Shown: piece after piece, positions 12,826 to 24,584 of the stretch
Numbering within the stretch: position 1 is the stretch's first letter
Layout of the letters: each line of letters begins with the position of its first letter
Assembly (NCBI RefSeq): GCF_964188315.1
Contig: NC_135667.1
Coordinates: 9,300,001 to 9,364,000, forward strand
Length of the DNA: 64,000 nt
Direction of reading: 5' to 3'
DNA from: Podarcis muralis
Taxonomy: Eukaryota
The notes under the pieces: model-generated
Told to the model about the DNA's origin: nothing
What the model saw: the letters and a program-made list of their open reading frames with translations, nothing else
Databases searched by the model: none
Program-made: the position numbers and the translations under genes

Positions 12826-13353
12826 GCTTTCCTCAAAGCTTCTTTCTAAATATAAACTGCCCTGCACCTATTTTCTTACATCAAGCTTATAAAAGGCAAT
12901 GGGAGAAAAGTGTCAGATATGTCCTTGCTTGCCTCTTGCATTTAATCCCAACTTCCCATGGCACAGGTGTTCATTCATCATCACTTTCAGACTTGCTTAC
13001 TGACTGTTTTTTCCTAACGTTTTGAAAGTCTCTGGAGCTTTGACCACCTGAGGAAATGATGGTGCTGTGGATAACTTTGTGTGTGAGAGGGGGAATTACT
13101 TTCTCTGTGTTTTGATACTAAATGACCCTTCTGGTAGGCAACATGTTGGTTCTTGTCTTCCACTGGGAGCAGAAGTCCTCTCTGGTCTCCAAGCAAATGA
13201 GATATGGGACCTTGACTCCAGATTTGCATGATCAAAATTATCATGCCTGTCTGAACAAGTAGTTTTTCATATTAATTCAAAAGTGTAATTTATACCTCAT
13301 CTATGGCTAATTATTGCATTTAAAACTTTCTGTATGTATACTTTTTCTTGATA

Positions 13354-13717
13354 GGTAAAGGTAAAGGTACCCCTGCCCGTACGGGCCAGTCTTGCCAGAC
13401 TCTAGGGTTGTGTGCCCATCTCACTCTAGAGGCTGGGGGCCAGCGCTGTCCGAGGACACTTCCGGGTCACGTGGCCAGCGTGACAAAGCTGCATCTGGCG
13501 AGCCAGCGCAGCACACGAAAACGCCGTTTACCTTCCCGCCAGTAAGCGGTCCCTATTTATCTACTTGCACTCGGGGGTACTTTCGAACTGCTAGGTTGGC
13601 AGGCGCTGGGACCGAGCAACGGGAGCGCACCCCGCCACGGGGATTCGAACCGCCGACCTTTCAATTGGCAAGCCCTAGGCGCTGAGGCTTTTACCCACAG
13701 CGCCACCAGTGTCCCTT
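13354..13717 (-). mobile_element. Sauria SINE, full length
   Basis: Head GGTGGCGCTGTGGGTAAAAGCC, tail (ACCTTT)n, 13-bp TSD CTTTTTCTTGATA (13341-13353, 13718-13730); empty site in the paralogous flank of B. Confidence 0.92.
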
Positions 13718-14094
13718 CTTTTTCTTGATACTGTACTGTAAACAGCTTATATTTGTGTTTTAACTGTAAGTAGATTGATGTTCTTTAGTCAATATACAAT
13801 AAAGTAGTATTTTTTAAAAATAAAAAAATATTATGGGATGCCACATGATTCATTTATCTCTGCAGCACTGATGGAGGGGAAATGGAGTTTTTCTATATAT
13901 GCATCCCCACTTTTGCCCCAATTGAGGTAGATATGTAGCTACGTGAATGCACTCCAATCTTAAGTTTTAATGTTGTAAATTTCTTTTTATGTTGTAAACT
14001 GCTACAGGTTACATTGTATGGTTTTAGATGAAAGTTTCCTTTTATGCCCTGTTGTCTGTTGTAAAGGCCTTTGGTCTATATACAATAAAATTGA

Positions 14095-14425
14095 TTGATT
14101 CATTAAAATGATGAATGCTGGGGTGGGAGTTAATATGCAAGGGAATAAAACTTTGGTTTTATATGCACCAAATGAAGAGAAATCTATATTTTATGAAAGA
14201 CTTATGGACAGGTTGCTGGACTTTTCATATGAAAATTGCTGCCTTATGGGAGACTGGAATGGAGTGGTTTCTCCAATACAGAACAGAGCTTTAGGGTAAA
14301 ATATTAATGTTTTCCAGGGTAAACTATCTAAGATTTTCTTTGAAATGATGGATAATATGGAAATTGTTGACATACAGAGATATAAAAATGGAGATGCAAA
14401 GCAATGTACATATCTCATTGAGAAC
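14095..14425 (+). mobile_element. L1/Tx1-like endonuclease fragment (resumes at about 15180-15570)
   Basis: LYAPNEEKSIFYERL...CLMGDWNG endonuclease motifs; FSDH motif near 15200-15215. Confidence 0.75.
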
Positions 14426-14454
14426 TCAGCTTTTTTTCTCTCTCTCTCCCTTTT

Positions 14455-15180
14455 TCTGTGAAATCATTTTTATTTGGTTTTACAAATACAGAGTTATAAA
14501 AATCCAAATATATATCCATATACAGAGATTTCTCTGAATCTCGTGACTTCCCCCCACCTCCTCCATGGGGTCCCATTTTCAACATTTACAACTGCATATT
14601 CTTCCATACTCTAACTTTTACATCAATCCATATTGCCGATGGTATTTCACTACAAGTGAAATCAAAATCCTGCAATTCTTTCCATCTGATTACAATGGTG
14701 TCCTAAATAACTTATACATTTTCCCCATTCTTTAATAAAGTTTTTGTCCTCTTGGTTTTTGAGTTTTCCAGTCAGTTTTGCCATTTCAGCATAGTCCATC
14801 AGCTTGGTTTGCCATTCCTCTCTGGTAGGGAACTTCTCTTCTATCCATCCCTGGGCTAGTTACATCCAGGCAGCTATTATTCCATACATAAAAAGTATTT
14901 CCTGCTCCTTTGGAATGACAGTACCAGTAATTCCAAATAAAAAAGCTTCTGGGTTTTTTTAAAACAGAGGTTATTTTAAACTCTCTTTTTTCATTTCATT
15001 ATATATAGTCTCCCAGGAAGCTTTGATTACCTTACAAGTCCACAACATATCATAAAAGTTATCTTCTTTTTCTGTACATTTTCAGCAGATATTTGTTCTT
15101 GTCCTATACATTTTTGCCTGCTCTTTCTCAATAAGAGATAAGATATGGTTTACTAAGATGCTAGCTACTGAGATGCATAA
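14455..15180 (-). mobile_element. L1/Tx1-like 3' fragment, nested and opposite in orientation
   Basis: Minus-strand ORF2 C-terminal remnants and 3' UTR ending AATAAAAATGATTT; similar to 24150-24520 and 32900-33300. Confidence 0.6.
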
Positions 15181-15659
15181 AGTAGACATCTTACCAAAGC
15201 TTTTCTCAGATCACAGTTCAGTCATTGTGACACTCCATAAGTTTTATTAGATAGAGGTTTAATGAATTGTTGTTACAACAAGAGAAGGATGAACAAGAAT
15301 GCAAACAAAGGTTAAAATAATTATTTGAGAATAAGTTTAATAAAGACATGGGGATACAGACAGTATAGGATGCAAGTCAAGCTTACATAAGAAGTTATTC
15401 CATAAAAAGAAAAGAAAGAGACCAGAGAAACTACAAAAAGTTTGTTTGCAGTTAGATGAAAAGAAAGTGAACCGGAACAATTTCCAGTTAAGAGAAATGT
15501 AACTTAGCAAATTAAGATGTTGCAGAGACAGTTATCTATGCTAACAATGCAGGACACAGAAATAAAATTGAATATTCCCCTGCTCTTCTAAGTGATATGT
15601 AGGTGAAATACTTGTCCATCATGCAAATCAGCATAACTGTGGAAATGAAGACAAATTCC

Positions 15660-18600
15660 TCAATGTTGTCTCCTCATTATCTGCTCCCTGCTGTTCAGTT
15701 CAGGCCTCAGCAAAATGATGTAGCACTTAGGGAAAAAGATGCATCCCAGTAGCACAGCACTGGAGACCAAGATGGAGAAGATCTCCACAGCCACCATTCC
15801 TTTCCCTCTGGTGCTCAGGTAAGTTGGAACAAAGGACAACCAAACACTGCAAAATGCTAACATGCTGAATGTAATGAACTTTGCTTCATTAAAACTGTCA
15901 GGTAACTTGCGGGCCAGGAAGGCCACAATGAAGCTGCTGATGGCCAGGAGACCCATGTAGCCCAGGACACAATAGAACATGGTGACAGACCCTTCATTAC
16001 ACTGTACAATGATTTCTTCATTCACTGAATGCATGTCTAAATCAGGGAATGGGGGAAAGGTTGAGAGCCACGCCGTGCAAAAGCCCAATTGAACAAGTGA
16101 ACAGTAAACAGCAATTGAATAAGATACTTTCTTCCCCACCCATTTCTTCACTCTTGATCCTGGTTTTGTGGCCATGAATGCTAGAGAAACAATGCTGGTC
16201 TTGGCCAACATGCAAGAAACAGCTACTGAGAAAATGATTCCAAATGTTGGTTGTCGGAGAAGGCAGGACACATTCCCAGGTTGGCCGATGAATAGCAAAG
16301 AGGAGAGGAAGCAGAGCAGGAGGGAAACCAGGAGAATGTAGGTGAGGTCCCGGTTGTTGGCTTTGACAATGGGGGTATCTTTATGCTTAATGAAGGTAGC
16401 AAACACCAAGGTTGTGATGAAAGAAAAAGAAGCCGTAGCTGAAGCTAAGCCTTTCCCTAAAGGTTCTTCATAAGACAAAAAATGTATGATTTTCGGGTTG
16501 CATTGATTTCTATTCTTGCTTGGATACTGATCATCTTGGCATTTGAAACAGTCTTCCATATCTGAAAAATGGGTTAGGGTGGGGGAGTTACAACTTACTG
16601 ACCATTCATTGAATACAGAAAATTATGTTTACCTTTTGTTATGGCAAGATGACATGACCTACCCGTTTGGTTTGAAATCTTCCCATCTGGACATGGAGCA
16701 CAATCATAGCAGCAAAATTTTTCACCCTCCTTCCTTTTCTTCTGATGACCAGGATGGCAACATTCATTACACACAGAAAGGGGAACAACCTGTCCATATA
16801 AATTTTTGTTTTTTGTTTTTTAAAAGAATTAGTTATATTGAAAAAATATATTTCTCAGTTACTGATGAAGTATCATAACAATAGAGACAGCCGTGCAGCA
16901 CATTAAAATGAAACGCAATAATCTATGTTATGATCTATGGTTTTTTATTTTATTTTAAATAATTCGGTATATTGAAAAGATATATTTCTCATTTCCTGAT
17001 GAAGTATCATAGCAATTGAGGTAGCCTTGCAGCACATTCAAATGAAACAAAATAATCTATGTTATATAGGTGCAGGATGTTTGTGCCCGTGTAACTTGTT
17101 TGATTTATGGTATACGTATAAAAGGAATAAGAAGATGGAGACTTAATGGATCTCTGTTAAATGATTAGGAAGTAGTTCAAGGAGCCAAGAAGACGTTAGA
17201 TGATTTTTTTGAATTTAATAACAATCAAGGTACCGACATCAAAGTGATTTGGACACCTGCAATGCAGTGATTAGGGGTTACTTTATACAGCAAAAAAAAA
17301 TTCAAAGAAAAGAAAAAAAGCAGAATTATTAGAGGAAAAGAAAGAAAGAAAAGGAACTTATTTAAAAAAATCAAAAAACCCTGCACAATGAGATAATAAA
17401 ACAAGAAATAAAATTACTACAATCGGACTACTCATCTATGTTAGAAATTGAATGGAACCTGAAAATCTTGAAACACAGCAATTTTGAATTTGCCAATAAA
17501 CTGGATAAGTTTCTTGCTTGGCAACTTAAAAAAAGGCGGAGTGAAAAAATAATTAACAGATTTAGAATTGGAGAGAGAGTGAAAGATGACCCAAAAATGA
17601 TTATACAAAATTTTGTGAAATACTATAAAGAGCTATATAAAAAGGAATTAGAAAACCCAGAAGAAATAGAACAATATTTAAATCAACATAAAATTCCCAG
17701 CACCACACAAGATAAAGACGTTAAACACCCCTGTTTCAATTATGGAAATTCAAAACTGGGGGAAATGCCAGGTCCAAATGGAATCCCAGTGGAGTATTAC
17801 AAAAAATAGAAGAGACATTGGCAACACCCTGAAAAGAAGTAATGAATGATATTTGTAACAGAGGGAAGGTATCAGAATCATGGACTGAAGCCTATGTCAC
17901 ACTGCTACCAAAACAGGGAAGTGATGTAGAATTAGTGTCTAATTATACAGTGGTACCTCGCAAGATGAATGCCTCGCAAGACAAAAAACTCGCTAGACGA
18001 AAGGGTTTTTTGTTTTTTGAGCTGCTTCGCAAGACGATTTTCCCTATGGGCTTGCTTCGCAAGACAGAAACGTCTTGCAAGTTTGTTTCCTTTTTCTTAA
18101 CACCGTTAATACAGTTGCGACTTGACTTCGAGGAACAACTCATAGAACGCGGTGTGGTAGCCTTTTTTGAGGTTTTTAAAGACTTTGGTGATTTTTGAAG
18201 CTTTTCCAAAACTTTCCCGACACCGTGCTTCGCAGGACGAAAAAAATCGCAAGACGACAAAACTCGCGGAACGAATTAATTTCGCCTTGCGAGGCACCAC
18301 TGTAGACCAATATCTCTGTTGAATTGCAATTACAAACCTTTCACTGGTATTCTAGCAGATAGGTTAAAACACGTTTAAAAAGAAATAATACACCCAAACC
18401 AAGCTGGATTCCTACCAGGAAGGCAAATTTAAAACAACACCAGTAATATTGTCGATATATTGGAATATCTAGGATTTAAGAATGAAAAACAGGCAGCTGT
18501 GATGCTAATAGATGCAAAGAAGGCAATAGACAATGGTTCCTGGTGTTTTACGAAAAGGCAAATTAAATTAATGGAATTTGGAGAAAGGTTCAAAAGGGGA

Positions 18601-21600
18601 ATAGAGGCAATTTATCATCACCCAAGGGCAAGGCTGGTAATAAATGATGATGTCATGGAAAATATCAAGATTATGAAAGGGACTAGGCAAGGATGTCCTC
18701 TGTCACCCCTCTTATTCATATTAGTGTTGGAAACTCTAATGAAAACTTTGGAAAAAAAGGAAAGAATAAAAGGAGTTGTGATAGGAGAAAAAGCATATAA
18801 AGTAAGAGCTTATGCAGACGACTAGATAGTAACAACAGAAGATCCCAAAGAAAGTATCCCATTAGCTATAAAATTGATTAATGAATATGGTAAACTAGCA
18901 GGATTTAAAATAAACTACCAAAAAAAAAAAAAACAACCAACAACACAACTTGTTGGTTAAAATCATGAGAGCTGAGGAGTAGAAGGATCTACAGGAAATT
19001 ACGGGTTTGGAGATCAAGAACAAAGCAAAATATTTGGGAATCTGGATATCTACAAAATGTATTAATAATTACACCAAAACATGGAATGAGATAAACAAAA
19101 GTTTAGAAATTTGGAATACTTAATCTCTCCCTCTGGGGCAGAATCTCAGCAGTTAAAATGAATATTTTACCTAAAATGATCTTCCTATTCCAGACCATCC
19201 CAATTTTAGGGGTCATGGAATATTTTCAAAATTGGAGGAAAGACATCACTAGATTCATTTGGAATGGGAAAAAGCTGAGAATTAAACATCAGTTACATAT
19301 AGACCAGAGGGAGAGAGGAGGGTTCACTCTTCCCGATTTGGAATTATTTCATGTGGCTGCCGGGTTGGTATGGATTAAAGACTGGATCATATTAAAACAT
19401 ACGGACATGCTGGATCTGGAGGGTTTCGATAACTGCTTTGGTTGGCACGTGTATCTGGTGTATGAGAAGGTGAAGGCACACAAGGGGTTTTTGAACCACA
19501 TAATAAGAAAATCACTTTATAAAATATGGGCCAAATATAAAGCATTATTAGAACCTAAGATTCCCCAGTCAATGTCACCCACAGAAGCCCTGGTGGTAAA
19601 AAAGAAGAACAGGAAAGGAGACTGGGCGACATACAGGATGTTGTTAGAAAAAAACAATAATAAATTCAACTTAAAGAAATTCGAAGAAATTAGGATATAC
19701 CTGATGGACTGGTGGCAATATTATCAAATAAATGAGAGATTAAGTTTGGATAGAAAGAAGGGATTTGAGAATGAAACATCTAAATTTGAAAAAGAATTAA
19801 TACAAGCAAAAACACTCGTTACGTCATAGTTCAATACAATGGGTTCTCCAAAATAAACGTAGAATCAATACCTCATTAAAATATTTGTGCCAAACAATTT
19901 TATCCTCACTAATGGTAATCACTTTCCTATCAGCAGCATATGGAGCAACACTTCCAACTTCTATTCTCTGAAAGGAATTGTTGGGGAAGGTGACCAGGTT
20001 CATGATATCAAATCCAGCACTCATTTCCCAATGATCATTAAAGGACATAGTTTCTCCAGCAGAGTTGTTAAAAGAGATGTCATGAAGAAACACGTGGAGC
20101 TATTTGAAAAGAGGGAAAGAAATCAAACCAGAACAACAGCATGCTGAGGATTTCAGAATGGCCGTCCTTTCAAGTTTCATTCATAGAAAGGAAATGTAAA
20201 CCACATTTTCAAAACAAGAACATGTATAATATTCTCATTATTTATCCAAGCAGAACAAAAATTAATGTATTCTCAACCTGTACCAAACTGTTCACTGAAC
20301 TACAAAGCATTTGTTGGGGAAACATTACCTGCCAAGGCTGCAGAGACTGAAGTTCAACACTGTTACCAACTACCTTTGGTTTATATTTGGATCTAGCCAA
20401 GTCCATGGCATGCAAAGCATGAGCCAAAGCATAAACAGCATTATAGATACTGTAGCTGTGTCCAGTCATGTGCATTTCAAAAAGACCTGCAGGGAGATTC
20501 TCCAGCCTCTCCTCTCCAGTACAAGTGTCATCATCCATCACAGGCATACCTGGATCTGGAAAGGAACAATCAAATGCTTGCTCCCAGAAATTTTGGAGGA
20601 AACCATCTCTTTCCGTCCTGGTAGGGATTTTATTCTGAAGAAATTTCCTGAAACCCGGAACCTCTTTTGTGTGAATAGCAAATAAAATGGCACCCTGGAA
20701 CATCTGAAAATCCCATCCTCTTAAAGAACCGGCTAATATAAAATCTGTCTGGGTTGTCACAATCCACACCTTTCCAAATAATGGGTTTTCTGTATTTCCT
20801 GAATATTCTGAATGTATAAAAACTCTCAGCCGCAAAATGATTAAAGATTCTCCATACATGATAATTGTACCAGCTTTTTGATCTTGGAAGGATACATCAA
20901 CTGGACTTTTATTAAAAAATTGATTTATGAAATCCTCCATATGAGCTTCTTGTGGGATTCTTTTGGTGAAGGCTGAACAGATTCCATGTCTGGAAAACAA
21001 TGGCTCCAGGATCTTTAGGAATTGCTCTCCACTGTTATCATCCACAACAAAGAGCCCAACCCAGCTCCACCTAAAATGCTGAAGTAACCATATAATCCCC
21101 ATATACTGAAGGTTTTCGTTTGGGACCATCCGGTAAAATGGAGCAACTTTCATTATTTTGGTCTCATCTATGGTAAATGAGCCATATGTAAGCTGTAAGA
21201 AAACATAAAGATACAGTGGCACCCCAGGTTAGGTACTTAATTCATTCCGGAGGTCCGTTCTTAACCTGAAACTGTTCTTAACCTAAAGCACCACTTTAGC
21301 TAATGGGGCCTCCTGCTGCCGCCACGGTGCCGAAACATGATTTCTGTTCTCATCCTGAAGTTCTTTCTCATCACTAGTTCTTTCTTATGAACCATCACAT
21401 TATTTCAAGTTGTAAATACAGAAAAATATGACATTACCACCAGCCCCCATGTACATATCCTACCTGTGGTATCTTATATAGAGCTAAGATATCCATCAAA
21501 TGGAAAGAAGTGTCAGAGCCTAGTCCTCCAATGATGGCTAGTAGGTTTTTTTCTGTGGCACATTTGTAGTTTGGAAAAAAACTATGCGACTTGAAGATCA

Positions 21601-22356
21601 GATCCAGTGTGGTGCGATAGGTCATCCTTGCATCATAATAGGTGTCACAGATGTGGAAACCAAGGGTCACGTTAGGTAGTATTTTGGGATTCTTGTTGAG
21701 CTCATTTATGGCAAACACCAGGGCCAGAACATGCTGGTAAAACTTGGTAATGACTCTGCCAATAATATTACTTTCATTAATTCAGAAGATGAGTCTACAG
21801 TGCAGGAATAGTTTATGCTACAAACCTCATAGTTCCTGTATCTAACTGAACTGAGTTTATTTACAGCAAAAGCTAAGGGAAATCCATCCTGCTAGAATTT
21901 GCTCAGTACACTGATAATAGAATTATTTTTCTAATTCAGAATATGTACCTACAATGTGTGAAGCTGTTGCTCTATAATCCCACTAATCTAAATGAGCAAT
22001 TGAATTTTACAGGAGTGGAAATCTCTTTTCCAATTGCTCCAGATTCCCTACAGCCAATTGTTACGATTTCCCCAGCCAAAGTTTATTCATATTGTGTTAC
22101 ATATAACATAACTTAACAAATTTGGCTAACACGATCCTTACTGTGGAATATCAAAGAGATTCTGGGAAGGATCTTCCTTGAACAGAATTTCATGGAAGAA
22201 GTAAATGATCTGAGAAGTAATCCCACCAATGACGAGACCCCTTGGCTCGTACCATTCATGTGGTATAGGTAGGGGATCACCTGTGTGATATTTCATGAGA
22301 CCTACTTTGGACACAGTAGAAGACAGAAGAAGAAGCAAGATTGTTTTTCCTAACAT
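15660..22356 (-). CDS. V2R gene B, intact
   Basis: Exons 22356-22142, 21755-21464, 21192-20329, 20099-19872, 16789-16663, 16561-15660; GT-AG, phases compatible, no stops seen. Confidence 0.92.
17110..19822 (+). mobile_element. Degraded L1/Tx1-like ORF2 fragment in intron 4 of B
   Basis: Broken ORFs 17438-17809, 18460-18825 ([18 protein letters not shown]) and 19158-19829 ([15 protein letters not shown]); frameshifts; no poly-A tail. Confidence 0.85.
17948..18302. mobile_element. Tigger-like MITE nested in the L1 fragment
   Basis: TA-CAGTGGTACCTCGCAAG ... CTTGCGAGGCACCACTG-TA. Confidence 0.88.
21214..21360. mobile_element. Truncated Tigger-like MITE (one end only)
   Basis: TA-CAGTGGCACCCCAGGTT...GGAGGTCCGTTCTTAACCTGAAAC; same family as 31321-31562. 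Confidence 0.75.
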
Positions 22357-22918
22357 GCTTTCCTCAAAGCTTCTCTCTAACTATAAGCTGCCTAGCACCT
22401 GTTCCTTAGAACTAGCTTTAACAAAGCAGTAGTATAAAAGTGTCAGAGATCTCCTTGCTTGCCTCTTGCCTTTAATCCCAACTTCCCATGTCACAGGTGT
22501 TCATTTATAATAACTTTCAGACTTGCTTGCTGACAGTTTTCTCCTACCCTTTTGAAAATCTCTGGAGCTTTGACCACATGAGCAAATGATAGTGCTGTGG
22601 AGAACTGTGTGTGGGGAAATTACTCTCTCAGTGTTTTGATATTAATTGACCCTTCTGGTAGGCAGCATGTTGGATCTTGTCTTCCATTTGTGAGCAGAAG
22701 TCTTCTCTGGTCCCTAAGAAAATAAGATATGGGACCTTGCCTGACTGAACAAGAAGTTTTTCATATAAATCAGAAGTGCAATTTACACCTCATCTATGGC
22801 TAAATATTACATTTAATCATTTCTGTACGTATGATTTCCCTGATACTGTACTGAAATAAGCATATATTTGTGTTTTAACTGTATGTGAATTGATGTTCTT
22901 TAGTCTCTATATAATAAA

Positions 22919-22946
22919 ATAGGTAAAGGTAAAGGGACCCCTGACC
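22919..22946 (-). mobile_element. 28-bp Sauria SINE 3'-tail insertion
   Basis: ATAGGTAAAGGTAAAGGGACCCCTGACC between 10-bp TSDs ATATAATAAA (22909-22918, 22947-22956). Confidence 0.7.
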
Positions 22947-23239
22947 ATATAATAAAGTAGTATTCTTTAAAATCCAAAATGTTAATGGCCATGTGAGGAA
23001 TTGATCTCTGTCTATTTATTCATTCCCACTTTTGCCCCAAACTGATTTTTTCTACAGGACTGAGGTAGATATGTAGCCGTGTGAATGCACTCCAATCTTA
23101 AGTTTTAATGCTGTAAATTTCTTTTTATGTTGTAACCTGCTACATATTATGTTGTATGATTTTATGTGAAAGTTTCCTTTTCTTACCTGTTGTCTGTTGT
23201 AAAGACCTTTGGCATATACACAATTAAACTGATTGACTG

Positions 23240-23420
23240 ATTAAAATGGTGAATGTTGGGGTGGGAGTTAATATCCAAGGTGATAAAACTTTGGTTGTAG
23301 ACATATATGCACCAAATGAAGAGAAATCTATATTTTATGAAGGACTTATGGATAGGTTGATGGACTTTTCATATGAAAATTGATGCCTTATGGGAAACTG
23401 GAATGGAGTCTCCCCGATAC
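23240..23420 (+). mobile_element. L1/Tx1-like endonuclease fragment paralogous to 14095-14300
   Basis: ATATGCACCAAATGAAGAGAAATCTATATTTTATGAAGGACTTATGGA shared with 14161-14210 and 43123-43170. Confidence 0.7.
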
Positions 23421-23894
23421 AGGGCAGATTTTCAGAGAAAGTCTCCTCCTCTTCTGGATCTGATCATTCAGATTCAAACCAGCCCCTAACACATGGCATG
23501 TTCAACTTCTGAGGTGTGTTTGAAAACTAAACTAAACATTTAGTTCTGGGTTGATGGCATTTGAAAACTGAAATGTTCATCAAGGGATACGTTCGAAAAC
23601 CAAGGTAGTACTGTATTTTGCAAGCAATTTTTCGTAACATAATGAATCTTGTTTTAGTACCAAGTTTGAAACACAGCAGGTCTTTTCATGAGACATGTGG
23701 CAGGTGTTTGGTGAGGTGTTTGGTTTGTTTCTGTGCCTCCTATATTCTGCATTTTAAAAAGCCCCCCCCCCTCTTTTTTAAGGGAGCAAGGGTTGTCTGA
23801 CCTTAAATAGAGAACTACAAGAGATGTTAATGGAGAATCAGTACCATATTTGGTGTAACAGGTATAGGACCCTGGGCAGTTAAGTTCAATTGAA

Positions 23895-24125
23895 TTTGAC
23901 TATTGGGTGTGGCCCTCATCTCCACTTTCAGGCCAAGGGAGCCAGCGTTTGTTCACAGGCAGCTTTCCAGATCATGTGACTTGCCTGAGTAAACCACTTC
24001 TGGTGCAATGGAACACTGTGACGGAAGCGAGAGTGCACAGAAACACTGTTTACCTTTCTGTCATAGCGGTACTTATCTACTGATGCAGGTATGTTGAGGC
24101 AAAGCCATGGGAGCTCACCCCATCA
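23895..24125 (-). mobile_element. Old, degenerate Sauria SINE (paralogous copy at about 32655-32885)
   Basis: CATCTCCACTTTCAGGCC...CACTGTTTACCTT...GGGAGCTCACCCC resembles the SINE at 13354-13717. Confidence 0.6.
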
Positions 24126-24149
24126 AACACATGCCCTGTTTTTTTTCTA

Positions 24150-24520
24150 AAATCATTTTTATTTGATATTACAAATGTAAATTAACTACAAAAGAAAAAA
24201 GGTATCCATAAAATGAGATTTCTCTGAATCTCAGGACTGATGGGTCCTATTGTGAACATTTCCAACTGCATATTATTCCATAGTCTATGTTTTGTATCTA
24301 TCCATATTGTCCATAGTATTTCTTACATTACGAGTGAGATTAAAATCCTGCTAACGTTTTCATCTTCTTACAGTTGTCTCCTAAATAAGTTATGAACTTT
24401 CCCCATTATTTCTTGATTTTCTTGTCTTCTTTGTCTATGCGTTTTCCAGTCAGTTTTGCCATTTCAGTGTAGTCTTACAGCTTAGCTTGCCATTCCTCTC
24501 TAGTAAAAAAAATCATCCCA
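24150..24520 (-). mobile_element. L1/Tx1-like 3' fragment just downstream of gene C (paralog at 32900-33300)
   Basis: Similar to 14455-14800; minus-strand AATAAAAA near 24156-24163. Confidence 0.6.
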
Positions 24521-24584
24521 TATGGTGCCAAAATACTTGACCATCAAGCAAAGCAGTATGATTGGAGAAAAGAGGATGAATTCC

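Noticed and set aside
12826-12867. N-terminal extension MQGSLYLERSFEES of V2R A (similar in C)
   Set aside because: In A it starts at GTG, not ATG; the MLGKT ATG is shared by all four paralogs and precedes the signal peptide.
16830-17065. About 134-bp diverged tandem duplication in intron 4 of B
   Set aside because: Real but intronic, with no exon or signal content; not judged notable.
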